A stretch of DNA of 64,000 nt from a virus (lineage: Duplodnaviria; Caudoviricetes): IMG/VR virus record IMGVR_UViG_2974666281_000001, positions 32,001 to 96,000 of that record; one strand, given 5' to 3'. How positions within the stretch are numbered: the stretch's first letter is position 1; each line of letters starts with the position of its first letter. Below, one piece after another: positions 42,169 to 52,347 of the stretch. The notes under the pieces were generated by a model. The model was given only the letters and a program-made list of their open reading frames with translations, was not told the origin of the DNA and did not search any database. A program made the translations under genes and the position numbers.

Positions 42169-42194
42169 ATAATAACATATTATTTTAAAGCAAT
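42169..42194 (-). promoter_or_regulatory. middle promoter for the YadA-like gene and downstream tRNAs
   Basis: ATTGCTTTA-N11-TATTAT. Confidence 0.8.
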
Positions 42195-42195
42195 T

Positions 42196-42272
42196 TGGAG
42201 GCGGGTGATGGACTCGAACCATCGCGTAACGGGATATGAACCCGTCATTCTACCAACTGAAGTTAACCCGCA
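42196..42272 (-). tRNA. tRNA-Met(CAT), initiator type
   Basis: ACGGG-TT-CAT-AT-CCCGT (three G-C pairs), 1:72 mismatch, CCA. Confidence 0.9.
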
Positions 42273-42397
42273 TCTATCCGGATTCCTGAAGTACAAACAA
42301 GTAGCTCGATGTAGAACACATAAAGTGGGAACAACTTACTTCGTCCTCGGCATTTACTTACAGGACTCTAACTCATCTTCAAGAACTGCCTCGTATT
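42273..42397 (-). ncRNA. candidate structured spacer RNA between tRNA-Asn and tRNA-fMet
   Basis: Long-range stem TCCTG(T)AAGTA/TACTTCAGGA enclosing AAGTA/TACTT and ATGTG/TACAT. Confidence 0.55.
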
Positions 42398-42481
42398 TGG
42401 CGGGTAGTGTAGGATTCGAACCTACGTTGTCTTTCGACACGGATTAACAGTCCGCCGCTTAAACCGCTCAGCCAACTACCC
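42398..42481 (-). tRNA. tRNA-Asn(GTT) with long variable arm
   Basis: GCGGA-CT-GTT-AA-TCCGT, arm GTC-GAAA-GAC, CCA. Confidence 0.93.
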
Positions 42482-42488
42482 ATTTATT

Positions 42489-42565
42489 TGGTGGGACATC
42501 ATGGACTCGAACCATGGACACCCGGATTAAAAGTCCGGTGCTCTAACCAACTGAGCTAATATCCC
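42489..42565 (-). tRNA. tRNA-Lys(TTT)
   Basis: CCGGA-CT-TTT-AA-TCCGG, CCA. Confidence 0.96.
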
Positions 42566-42570
42566 GAATT

Positions 42571-42645
42571 TGGTACTCTGTAGGAGAATTGAACTCCTCT
42601 TTCCTGCGTGAAAGGCAGGCGTCCTAACCGATAGACGAACAGAGC
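42571..42645 (-). tRNA. tRNA-Glu(TTC)
   Basis: CCTGC-CT-TTC-AC-GCAGG, CCA. Confidence 0.95.
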
Positions 42646-42649
42646 AATT

Positions 42650-42725
42650 TGGCGGACCTAACGAGATTCGAACTCGTGACGCTCCCGTGACAGGGGAGTA
42701 TTTTAACCGCTGAAACTATAGGTCC
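42650..42725 (-). tRNA. tRNA-Asp(GTC)
   Basis: CTCCC-CT-GTC-AC-GGGAG, CCA. Confidence 0.95.
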
Positions 42726-42731
42726 TGAATT

Positions 42732-42820
42732 TGGTGCGCCGAGAAGGACTCGAACCTACGAAGCTCATTACAAGCAGAAGATTTACAGTCTCCACCCTTT
42801 GCCACTCGGGTCATCAACGC
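42732..42820 (-). tRNA. tRNA-Tyr(GTA)
   Basis: GGAGA-CT-GTA-AA-TCTTC, long variable arm, CCA. Confidence 0.93.
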
Positions 42821-42834
42821 AAAGAAGACGTTAA

Positions 42835-42842
42835 TATTTATA
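42835..42842 (-). promoter_or_regulatory. late promoter of the tRNA cluster
   Basis: Perfect TATAAATA just upstream of tRNA-Tyr. Confidence 0.8.
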
Positions 42843-42896
42843 TCGATATTCTCGACATCGTCTTCGGCATGACTTGTTAAGCAAGTCCATGTATTA

Positions 42897-42923
42897 ATAA
42901 TAACACTTAAAACTTAAAGCAAA
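42897..42923 (-). promoter_or_regulatory. middle promoter of the tRNA cluster
   Basis: TTTGCTTTA-N12-TATTAT. Confidence 0.88.
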
Positions 42924-43112
42924 TTACCAATAGCCTTTTTGAATAATTTTGAATGAAGAATCAACAATTTGATACCCACCGCCGCATCCATAGCGCTCAT
43001 TTTGTTTAGCTTCAACAGGTTTCATAGCTTCTTCAATAGAATCGTATTCACCTTCAAGATCGTTTAACCCACCTGCTGGATAATAGGAATCCCACAAAAA
43101 TAATTTATACAT
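42924..43112 (-). CDS. hypothetical protein
   Basis: MYKLFLWDSYYPAGGLNDL. Confidence 0.75.
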   Translation of the reverse strand: MYKLFLWDSYYPAGGLNDLEGEYDSIEEAMKPVEAKQNERYGCGGGYQIVDSSFKIIQKGYW

Positions 43113-43308
43113 CTTTTCGTTCCCATGCTTTATGAAGCATAAACAGTCCAACCAGCACAGATAAGATAAAGCTATTGATAACCAATAAAACAGAACCTGT
43201 AGCCATACCTAAAATAGCGTAGTCCCACTTACCAAGTTCATCTGGGATTTCATAGTTTTTGTTGAACCAGGTTTTGGCTTTCAGGAACAGTTCATTAATT
43301 TTTTGCAT
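43105..43308 (-). CDS. membrane protein
   Basis: Start MQKINEL; hydrophobic C-terminal half. Confidence 0.7.
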   Translation of the reverse strand: MQKINELFLKAKTWFNKNYEIPDELGKWDYAILGMATGSVLLVINSFILSVLVGLFMLHKAWERKDV

Positions 43309-43480
43309 TTGCGATTTTATCCATAATGAATGATACAACACCAGATGTAAATGCTACACCTAGAACGAGGATTGTTTCTTTAGTATCGATAACTCCAAGG
43401 CTTCCAGCGAAGATTGCAGTACCGACAGCTCCCAATGTTACTGCACTTGCAATGTTACGAATCAGTTCACAGCGTTTCAT
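43295..43480 (-). CDS. trna.4: Trna.4-like membrane protein
   Basis: MKRCELIRN...MDKI. Confidence 0.85.
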   Translation of the reverse strand: MKRCELIRNIASAVTLGAVGTAIFAGSLGVIDTKETILVLGVAFTSGVVSFIMDKIANAKN

Positions 43481-43509
43481 TTTACATCTCCATTTGTTGG
43501 TGTAGGAGT

Positions 43510-43539
43510 ACTATACCATGTTCAAATGGAGATGTAAAC
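43510..43539 (-). promoter_or_regulatory. early promoter
   Basis: GTTTACA-N17-TATAGT. Confidence 0.9.
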
Positions 43540-43542
43540 ACT

Positions 43543-44595
<1,053 letters not shown>

Positions 44596-44596
<1 letters not shown>

Positions 44597-45288
44597 TATA
44601 TTACCTTTTTAATTTGTTCAAATAGTTGTTCTAAAGTACCAGTGTTCATTATAACACTGTCACCAGGAGAAATTGGAAGACCTGCTTCAGTTATGTGCGA
44701 GTCTTTGTTAGATTGATCGGTTTCAGGACGAACCACATGAACTATCGTAGCACCCATCGCCCTGAGCGTATCAATTTCGTGCACTTGACGAACATCTGGA
44801 ATGATATAGTAATCGTACCCAGAATAGAAATTGTCAAGATAATTTTCTGCAAATAATTTAACCCAATACATACAGTCGAGTTTATTGACAACCACATCTG
44901 TCCCAAGGGTCTGCATGAGACGTCGGATTGACCATTCCTCTACATTATTATTTAATACAGAAGAAATGGCGTCTTGGACTTTACTGTCATATTTGCTATG
45001 TCTGAAGTTGAAAACTTCGTGAAGAACTTCAATTGATTCACAAAGAATATCAAAGACATCTTCATTATTTACAGGGAGAATCATTTCTCGATCTATACCT
45101 TGACCTTCCCAATCTTCACCACGCAATTCATAGAGTTCATTCATATGAGTACGTTGCCAAGCAATATAGAGGGCATACTTAATAGGCATAGCGAGTTGCC
45201 ATTTTAAAGTTTTGTAATGTTCATTGATGTAATCAGCAGTAGTATCTTTACCACTACGCTTTTTACCTACAATCACTAAGAGTTTCAT
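44596..45288 (-). CDS. 1: deoxynucleoside monophosphate kinase
   Basis: GKKRSGKDT, RRLMQTLGTD, DVRQ.HE, HITEAGL. Confidence 0.96.
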
Positions 45289-45289
45289 A

Positions 45290-45877
45290 TTACCTCATTG
45301 ATGGATGCATAGACATTTTAGAAGCGATGTTCGCTTGAGCCGCAGAGTCAATCTGTGGCCGGCCTTGTACTATTTTACCATCAATTTCAACTTCGAAATA
45401 TTTGTACTGGAATGTTGCTGTTGAAGTTATAGCTGGGTCGCCATCTTCAGCATAGTTAAACTCTATTTCTGTTAAATCTGAAGGCCAAGCACCGTAATAA
45501 TGAATAGACATCATTATGTCAGTTTTCTTGTTGTTCAAGATATGAAGGGTTACCGCTTCTGGCTGTCCCTTTGGATGCCAGGCTTTGCTCTCGTGTGTAG
45601 AATAGTTGTTTAATGATAACATCCATTTGTAGATGTCGAGCCAACTGGTGAGCTCCCTGTCCACTAGGAATCGAACTACTAAAGGGTCAAATTCTAAAGT
45701 GGAACCGGGAAGATTTGCTCTACCTATGCCTTGAGTCCCAGATGGAAGATTGCTTGGTGGAATATGAATACCAGGGATTATTGCCATCTGGACGTTCATT
45801 TTAAACGTCTCTGTTAAGCCAGAATCGGCTATCTCGAGAATGAAGTTAGTAGTGTTAGTTTGGTTATGTAATGACAT
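45290..45877 (-). CDS. 3: tail tube terminator gp3
   Basis: NQTNTTNF...PGSTLEFDPLVVRFLVD...YGAWPSDL. Confidence 0.95.
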   Translation of the reverse strand: MSLHNQTNTTNFILEIADSGLTETFKMNVQMAIIPGIHIPPSNLPSGTQGIGRANLPGSTLEFDPLVVRFLVDRELTSWLDIYKWMLSLNNYSTHESKAWHPKGQPEAVTLHILNNKKTDIMMSIHYYGAWPSDLTEIEFNYAEDGDPAITSTATFQYKYFEVEIDGKIVQGRPQIDSAAQANIASKMSMHPSMR

Positions 45878-45903
45878 GAGTCCTCCAGGGCCTTACGACC
45901 CTG

Positions 45904-45931
45904 TTTGCTAAAATTGAAAGTCTGGTATAAT
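45904..45931 (+). promoter_or_regulatory. middle-promoter-like element oriented antisense to gene 2
   Basis: TTTGCTAAA-N13-TATAAT in the gene 3/gene 2 spacer. Confidence 0.6.
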
Positions 45932-45966
45932 GGTTTCAGGTCCTTTAGTTCAGGGTAATGATTAAG

Positions 45967-46797
45967 TTAAGAACTATAGACTTTGGTAGCAGAATAACGC
46001 TTACCTTTAGACATAAATTGTTGCAGAGGTAACATAACCACATTAGCCCAATCAGATGGCTTAATCTCTACAATCTTTCCTTTTATATTGCCTGGAATAT
46101 AGGCTTTAATCATCTTGTCCGCGCCAGCGAATCCTTTTACCTTAGACCAATCAATTTTTAACCTGGTTTTGTTAGTTATAGTCGGAGTGTTAGCGTATTG
46201 CTTAAGTAATTCTTCTAAAAATTGCTGTCTTGCTTTAGGTGGAATATAGTGCAAGTTTAAGCCATACATTAAATGACTTGTGTTACCAGAACCTCGTCCT
46301 AGATAAATGATTAACGGATACTTATCCCAGAAAGGAAGAGTGTCTTTATGTTTGGCATCATAGATGTAAGCATATAACTTACCAGGGGTAGGTTTGGTTA
46401 CTTGATGACCACGTACATTTTTCTTAATTGTTTCAGCGAACCATCGTGCTGATTTATTATTGACTGCTGCCCCTTCATTCCTAAGTTTTTCTCGAATTGA
46501 AGTTCGGAAACTGTTAATCAGTATCAATTGACGTTCTTGTTTGGTTAATTTAGATGCAGATTTCTTTTCTAAATCAGAAACCTGCAATGCAACTTTTATT
46601 CGCGAAGCGTATCGAGACATCGATTTGGTGAATGTAGCATAATTGATACCACGTTCATCAGCAAACTGTTTAGCTGTTTTGCCTTTACGTTTTTCTTTAT
46701 GATATTCTACACCTATCTTAACCCATTGCTGCTCTGATTTAGTAGCAGGTCTCATAGGTTTGGCTACAGATTCATTTACTAATTGAAATATGCCCAT
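45967..46797 (-). CDS. 2: DNA end protector gp2
   Basis: [18 protein letters not shown]...GLNLHYIPP; start trimmed to MGIFQ. Confidence 0.96.
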   Translation of the reverse strand: MGIFQLVNESVAKPMRPATKSEQQWVKIGVEYHKEKRKGKTAKQFADERGINYATFTKSMSRYASRIKVALQVSDLEKKSASKLTKQERQLILINSFRTSIREKLRNEGAAVNNKSARWFAETIKKNVRGHQVTKPTPGKLYAYIYDAKHKDTLPFWDKYPLIIYLGRGSGNTSHLMYGLNLHYIPPKARQQFLEELLKQYANTPTITNKTRLKIDWSKVKGFAGADKMIKAYIPGNIKGKIVEIKPSDWANVVMLPLQQFMSKGKRYSATKVYSS

Positions 46798-47246
46798 TAT
46801 CCTCTCCAACCTAATTTCTTCAATCCATCTTCAGTTAGAACTCTGAAAATGATACCCATTTTATTTGCTGTGGCTTGTGCAGCTTTCCATTTATCCTGAT
46901 TCACACTCCAGGTGTAAACTTCATTAATGTACCGTTTTTTAGCTGCAGTAGTAAGCTTACTCGGTTTAGGTGGAGCCATAGTTTCTTTTTTAGGCTTAAC
47001 CTCGATAAAGAACTGTTTACCGTCTTGTGTTTTAAACCAAAAATCCATAAAGTACCGACGCTTTTTACCTTCGGCATTGCAAAAATACGGGATGACAACT
47101 TCTTCACTGTTCCATTGAACTACTTCATTATTGTTATCTAACCATTTCATAAAAAAGTGTTCCCAAGAAGATCGATAAGTGATTTTGCGAGGGTCACCTT
47201 TGTATTTTTCTAATTTATTTGGCATGAAGCGACCACTATACGCCAT
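46797..47246 (-). CDS. 4: head completion nuclease gp4
   Basis: MAYSGRF...KYKGD...YRSSWE...RRYFMDF...IEVKP. Confidence 0.97.
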   Translation of the reverse strand: MAYSGRFMPNKLEKYKGDPRKITYRSSWEHFFMKWLDNNNEVVQWNSEEVVIPYFCNAEGKKRRYFMDFWFKTQDGKQFFIEVKPKKETMAPPKPSKLTTAAKKRYINEVYTWSVNQDKWKAAQATANKMGIIFRVLTEDGLKKLGWRG

Positions 47247-47256
47247 ATGTCCTCCT

Positions 47257-47281
47257 TATAAATATTCATATACTATTTATA
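47257..47281. promoter_or_regulatory. divergent late promoters for genes 4 and 53
   Basis: TATAAATA at 47257-47264 (+) and 47274-47281 (-). Confidence 0.92.
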
Positions 47282-47293
47282 AATGGAGGCCTT

Positions 47294-47869
47294 ATGCTCT
47301 TTTCATTTTACGAGCCGGTCAAATACCAGGCAAAAACGATTGATAAGAATGCATCGTCAGTCCAATTGACAGACATTTTCAAAAATTACAAAGAATACTT
47401 TGATAGAGTTGCAGCTAAATACAAGCTCAAAACATATTATATCAGTGGGGCCCCAAGACCTGAAGAATTAGCATATATTTTATACGACAATACACAGCTT
47501 TATTGGATTCTTCTGATGTGTAATAATAATTATGACCCTTTCCATGGTTGGATTAAATCACAAGAAGCTTCATACCAATCAGCAATCCAAAGATATAAGG
47601 ATGTTGGTGGTGAACAAGTTTTATACCATATAGACAAAGACGGTGAAATCTGGTATAATTTAGTTGAGGACCCTAATAATCCTGGAAGTTGGTACGATAA
47701 AGGCGACAAGCTTATGAAGCATAAACAATATGAAGGGGCTTTAGCGGCAGTAGATACTTATGAAGATGCTATTCGTAAGAATGAAGTTGCTCGTGAGATT
47801 AAAATCATTGACCCAAGAGATATTGAGTCTTTTCTTTCAGCATTAATTAGAGAAATGGAAAAAGCATAA
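47294..47869 (+). CDS. 53: baseplate wedge protein gp53
   Basis: PRPEELAY.LY.NTQLYWILLMCN..YDPF. Confidence 0.96.
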   Translation: MLFSFYEPVKYQAKTIDKNASSVQLTDIFKNYKEYFDRVAAKYKLKTYYISGAPRPEELAYILYDNTQLYWILLMCNNNYDPFHGWIKSQEASYQSAIQRYKDVGGEQVLYHIDKDGEIWYNLVEDPNNPGSWYDKGDKLMKHKQYEGALAAVDTYEDAIRKNEVAREIKIIDPRDIESFLSALIREMEKA

Positions 47870-49596
47870 TGATAAACATGAACACTAATGTCGATTGGTT
47901 TGTTGGCGTAGTAGAAGACAGAATGGACCCACTTGAACAAGGTCGTGTTAGAGTTCGAGTTTACGGACTCCACCCATACCAAAAAACTCAAGGAAGTGTA
48001 TCTGGTATTCCTACTAATGAATTGCCGTGGATGTCTATATTACAACCAACTTCATCAGCAGCCGTTTCAGGTGTAAGCCAAGCCGTAACTGGAATGGTAG
48101 AAGGAACTCATGTATATGGACACTGGCTTGATTCTTATCGTTTGAATGGTCTTGTTATAGGGACTTATTCAGCTAATACTAAAGTTCGTCCTAACCCTAA
48201 TGAAGGTTTTTGTGACCCAACAGGTCAATATCCTCGTTATCTTGGAAATGATACAAACCCATTAAACCGTGGCGGAGAATCAGGTTCTGATTCAACAGCA
48301 AACGTTATTCAGGATTCTAATTTAGATACAGGTATTAATCCTGATGATACTGATTTATCTGATATCCCAGAAGATGATAATCCAAATTACACTATTGAAG
48401 CAATGCTTCGACGTGATGAAGGGCTTCGATTAAAAGTTTATTGGGATTCTGAAGGCTTCCCTACAATAGGTATAGGGCATTTGATTATTGCGTCTAAAAC
48501 GCGTAATATGGATGAAATCAATAAAGCATTGAGTAATCAAATCAAGCGTGAAGTCCGTGGTAATCCTGGTTCTATTACAATGGATGAAGCTGCTGCATTA
48601 TTCCAACAAGATTTGAAGAAAATGCAGGAAGACATTAAGAAAAATAGTACAGTTGGACCAGTTTACAATAAGATGAATACATCTCGTAAAATGGCTCTTG
48701 AAAATATGAGCTTCCAAATGGGTGTAGGAGGCGTAGCTAAATTCGGTAAGATGCTGTCAGCTATGTTTATTGGTGATTGGCAGACTGCATATAAAGAAGC
48801 AAGGGATTCTACTTGGTTTAATCAAACTAAAGGTAGGGCATCAAGAGTTTCAATGATTATTCTTACCGGTAATATGGAATCTTACGGTATTCCTGTTTCT
48901 ACATCTAAGCCTAAATCATTGTCTGCGGCTGCCACCCAAAGAGCTGGAACAGACCCTAGTGACCCTTGGACCCCAGAAGATTCTCGCATTTTATTTAAAG
49001 AACCTACAAGTTCATATAAAGGACAATATCCTTATGTCCAAAGTATGGAAACTGAAGGTGGACATATCCAAGAATTTGATAATACCCCAGGACAAGAAAG
49101 ATATCGTTTAAGTCATCCTACAGGAAGTTATGAAGAAGTAGCCCCTGATGGCAGAAGAACAATTAAAACTGTTTCTGATGGCTATTTCATTACAAATGGT
49201 GATGGGAATACTCTTGTTTCTGGCGACAATAAGGTTAACGTTGGCGGAGATGAAGTTTATTATAATATGGCCAATAGACGTCAACAAATTGACGGAAACC
49301 AAGAAATCTTTATTAGAGGAAATGATACTTGTACAGTCGAAGGTGATGGAACCCTTTTAGTTAAGGGTAACGTTAAAATTGTTGTTGAAGGAAATGCTGA
49401 AATAGAAGTTCAAGGTGATGCAACCACTCATGTAGTAGGAAACCAAGACCTCACAGTTGATGGAAACCTTTCATGGAAAGTTGCTGGTACTGTGAATATG
49501 GAAGTTGGCGGTGATTGGACCCAAACAATGGCTTCTATGTCTTCTAAAGCATCAGGTCAATATACAATCGATGGTTCACGTATCGATATCGGCTAA
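47869..49596 (+). CDS. 5: baseplate hub and tail lysozyme gp5
   Basis: OB domain WFVGVVEDRMDP, lysozyme domain LRRDEG, VxG beta-helix repeats. Confidence 0.98.
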   Translation: MINMNTNVDWFVGVVEDRMDPLEQGRVRVRVYGLHPYQKTQGSVSGIPTNELPWMSILQPTSSAAVSGVSQAVTGMVEGTHVYGHWLDSYRLNGLVIGTYSANTKVRPNPNEGFCDPTGQYPRYLGNDTNPLNRGGESGSDSTANVIQDSNLDTGINPDDTDLSDIPEDDNPNYTIEAMLRRDEGLRLKVYWDSEGFPTIGIGHLIIASKTRNMDEINKALSNQIKREVRGNPGSITMDEAAALFQQDLKKMQEDIKKNSTVGPVYNKMNTSRKMALENMSFQMGVGGVAKFGKMLSAMFIGDWQTAYKEARDSTWFNQTKGRASRVSMIILTGNMESYGIPVSTSKPKSLSAAATQRAGTDPSDPWTPEDSRILFKEPTSSYKGQYPYVQSMETEGGHIQEFDNTPGQERYRLSHPTGSYEEVAPDGRRTIKTVSDGYFITNGDGNTLVSGDNKVNVGGDEVYYNMANRRQQIDGNQEIFIRGNDTCTVEGDGTLLVKGNVKIVVEGNAEIEVQGDATTHVVGNQDLTVDGNLSWKVAGTVNMEVGGDWTQTMASMSSKASGQYTIDGSRIDIG

Positions 49597-50102
49597 TGGC
49601 TCAAATACTCCCAACAAATACTACCCTTGAAGAAGATATCGAGGGTAGTACAATAGACGTGACATTTTCTGCACAGTTTGAGACCGGAGAAACTTTAGTC
49701 TCAATAAATATAGTAGACTATCAACCTACTCTAGGAATAATTGTAGATGGAGCCAGAGTTCATGGAACATATCAAAGTGTATTTTCTTTCTCTGGTGATG
49801 CCTTAAAATATCGCGAAGGAGATGAAATAAAATCTGCTTCTGCTTGGGAACAACTTCCTAACCCTAATCAAGCCGATTTATTTCTTTGGAAAGCCCCCTC
49901 TTCACTCGAGAGGACTTTTACTTATACGGTTGAGTTAATCTATATGTATCAGGCTCCTAGTGAACCAGGCGGAGCAGAGGGTGGAACTACCACGCCTCCT
50001 GCAGTTGAAAAGAGACTAACAAAGGTTTATTCAAAGCGTATTGTTGGTAATTGGTCTAAATGGGCTGAACAACTTAGGGCTTATGTCAAGGCAGGTAATT
50101 AA
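49596..50102 (+). CDS. 5.1: gp5.1
   Basis: MAQILP...[14 protein letters not shown]; synteny. Confidence 0.88.
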   Translation: MAQILPTNTTLEEDIEGSTIDVTFSAQFETGETLVSINIVDYQPTLGIIVDGARVHGTYQSVFSFSGDALKYREGDEIKSASAWEQLPNPNQADLFLWKAPSSLERTFTYTVELIYMYQAPSEPGGAEGGTTTPPAVEKRLTKVYSKRIVGNWSKWAEQLRAYVKAGN

Positions 50103-50395
50103 TGGCTGGATTAAGTTTTGATAAATGTGTGACTGCTGGGCATAGTGCTTATCCTCCTACAGCAGTTAATGCATCGCAAAGTAAAGTATTTACAGGCGGT
50201 ATTCCCGTCTTAGTAGATGGTGACCAAATTACACCTCATACTAAAACAGTTAAGCCATATGACACACATGGTGGTTCTGTTCAACCAAGTACGTCTAAAG
50301 TGTATGTGACAGGGAAAAAGGCAGTTCAAATGGCTGACCCTATTTCTTGTGGTGACACTGTAGCTCAATCATCAAGTAAGGTTTTTATAAAATAA
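50102..50395 (+). CDS. 5.4: PAAR-like spike tip gp5.4
   Basis: [10 protein letters not shown]...THGG...MADPISCGD. Confidence 0.95.
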   Translation: MAGLSFDKCVTAGHSAYPPTAVNASQSKVFTGGIPVLVDGDQITPHTKTVKPYDTHGGSVQPSTSKVYVTGKKAVQMADPISCGDTVAQSSSKVFIK

Positions 50396-52347
50396 TGGCT
50401 AATCAACCAGTAAACTACCAACTGACACGTACAGTGAACGCTATCCCAGAAGCATTTGTGGGTGCAACGTTCGATGAAATTAAAAAGAATTTAACAGACT
50501 GGCTACGTGGTCAGAAAGAATTCCAGGACTATGATTTCCAAGGAGCCAGAATTAACGTTCTTTTAGACCTTCTGGCTTATAACACTCTTTACATGCAGCA
50601 ATTTGCTAACACTGCGATTTATGAAAGTTTTATCGGAACTGCAAACCAACGGTCTTCAGTAGTTCAAGCTGCTCAGGATAATGGATATCTTCCTAGTTCT
50701 CGTTCGTCAGCTCAAACTAGCTTGTTACTGACTTGTTCGCATGCAACTAATCCATCAAATATTAAAATCCCTCGAGGGACTAGATTCTTAGCTTATGCAC
50801 GTGATACGTCGGCTGATCCATATTCATTTGTTGTTTTAGAAGATGTTATCGCAATCAAAGATTCAAAAAATCAATATAAGCCTATTGTTAAATTGGCTCA
50901 GGGTAGATTAATTCGTACTGAATTGCTTTATGACCCAACTCAGCCTATTTTAATTCGAGATGCTAATATTGATCGTAAACAGGTTAAGTTGTCTGTTAAC
51001 GGCGCTGAATGGACCGATTGGACTAATAAATCAATGGTTCACGCTGGTTCTACTTCTACAATTTTTTATATGCGAGAAACCGTGGATGGACACACCGAAT
51101 TCTTCTTTGGTGAAGGTGTTCAATCTAAAGCTGTTGCCGGTGGTGTTTTAGAAGCCAATTATGTTGGAGGTTTAAAACCAACTACTAACTCAAGCATTGT
51201 TATTGAATATCTTCGTACTGACGGCGCTAAAGCTAATGGTGCAACCGAATTCAGTTATGCCGATACATTGCAATACGTCACAGTTGATAAAATTACTGAA
51301 AACTACGATGAGAATCCTGATTACGTCGGAGCCGATGGCGGTGGTGACCCTGAAGATATCGAACGTATTCGAGAATTAGCAGTAGTTAAGCGTGAAGCGC
51401 AGATGCGATGTGTAACTGCAAGTGACTATGATACCTTCGTTTCAGAACGTTTTGGTTCTATTGTTCAGGCGGTTCAAACATTTACAGATATTGAAAAACC
51501 AGGTTATGCATTTATTGCAATTAAACCTAAGTCCGGACTATATCTTACGGCTGTTCAGCGTGAAGACATTCAGAACTATTTGAATGATTACAACCTTGCT
51601 CCTATTACTCCTTCTGTAATTTCACCAAATTATTTGTTCTTGAAACATAATATCAAAGTGTCGTATGCTTTGAATAAACTCCAAGAATCTGAACAGTGGT
51701 TGAGAAGTCAAGTTATTAATCAAATAGACAGATATTACACCGAAGAAGTAGAAATCTTTAATCATGGGTTTGCAAAATCTAAAATGCTTACTTATGTTGA
51801 TGATTCAGACCATAGTATCTTAGGTTCTACAGCGTCAATTAGCATGGTTCGTGAAGTTATGAACTTTGCAGCCACGCCAGATGCAGGTATTAAATACTAT
51901 AATCAATATAAACCTAGAACTGTGGTTTCTAGTCAATTCGAATTTGTTCCTACTACCGGCGATTCATATATGGTTCGCATTGCTTCTACTGATAAAGATG
52001 AACGCGGTGCAGGTCTAATGATTATTGGACCGTTTAAAGATGGTGATGTTAAAGAAAATGCTAATATCAAACCATATGTTGGAACCGATTTTGACAAAAT
52101 GCCTGGCGCACTTCCTGCTCAGACAAAATATTATGTCATTGGCGAATTGAACTATTTCTCTGACTATATCTATTGGAACATCGGTAAAATCGATTTGACT
52201 TCTGCTCAATTTGAAGTCCAGACGATTGATTTAGCTGCTGACCCTACAGAAGATAATATCTTTACAAAAGATGGTTCACTTATCGTATTTGAAGATGATC
52301 TTCGTCCTCAATACACATCTATCACTATGGAGCCAATTGCTCAATGA
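50395..52347 (+). CDS. 6: baseplate wedge protein gp6
   Basis: LLDLLAYNTLY, GGGDPEDIERIRE, RCVTASDY. Confidence 0.97.
   Translation: MANQPVNYQLTRTVNAIPEAFVGATFDEIKKNLTDWLRGQKEFQDYDFQGARINVLLDLLAYNTLYMQQFANTAIYESFIGTANQRSSVVQAAQDNGYLPSSRSSAQTSLLLTCSHATNPSNIKIPRGTRFLAYARDTSADPYSFVVLEDVIAIKDSKNQYKPIVKLAQGRLIRTELLYDPTQPILIRDANIDRKQVKLSVNGAEWTDWTNKSMVHAGSTSTIFYMRETVDGHTEFFFGEGVQSKAVAGGVLEANYVGGLKPTTNSSIVIEYLRTDGAKANGATEFSYADTLQYVTVDKITENYDENPDYVGADGGGDPEDIERIRELAVVKREAQMRCVTASDYDTFVSERFGSIVQAVQTFTDIEKPGYAFIAIKPKSGLYLTAVQREDIQNYLNDYNLAPITPSVISPNYLFLKHNIKVSYALNKLQESEQWLRSQVINQIDRYYTEEVEIFNHGFAKSKMLTYVDDSDHSILGSTASISMVREVMNFAATPDAGIKYYNQYKPRTVVSSQFEFVPTTGDSYMVRIASTDKDERGAGLMIIGPFKDGDVKENANIKPYVGTDFDKMPGALPAQTKYYVIGELNYFSDYIYWNIGKIDLTSAQFEVQTIDLAADPTEDNIFTKDGSLIVFEDDLRPQYTSITMEPIAQ

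Noticed and set aside
42335-42385. Hammerhead-like fragment GAGTCC...GGACGAAG in the Asn/fMet spacer
   Set aside because: No CUGANGA core, GAAG instead of GAAA, and no stems I/III
38878-42820. Recurring TTTGG/TTCGAA motifs as a CRISPR-like array
   Set aside because: These are tRNA CCA ends and T-loops; no identical repeat-spacer periodicity
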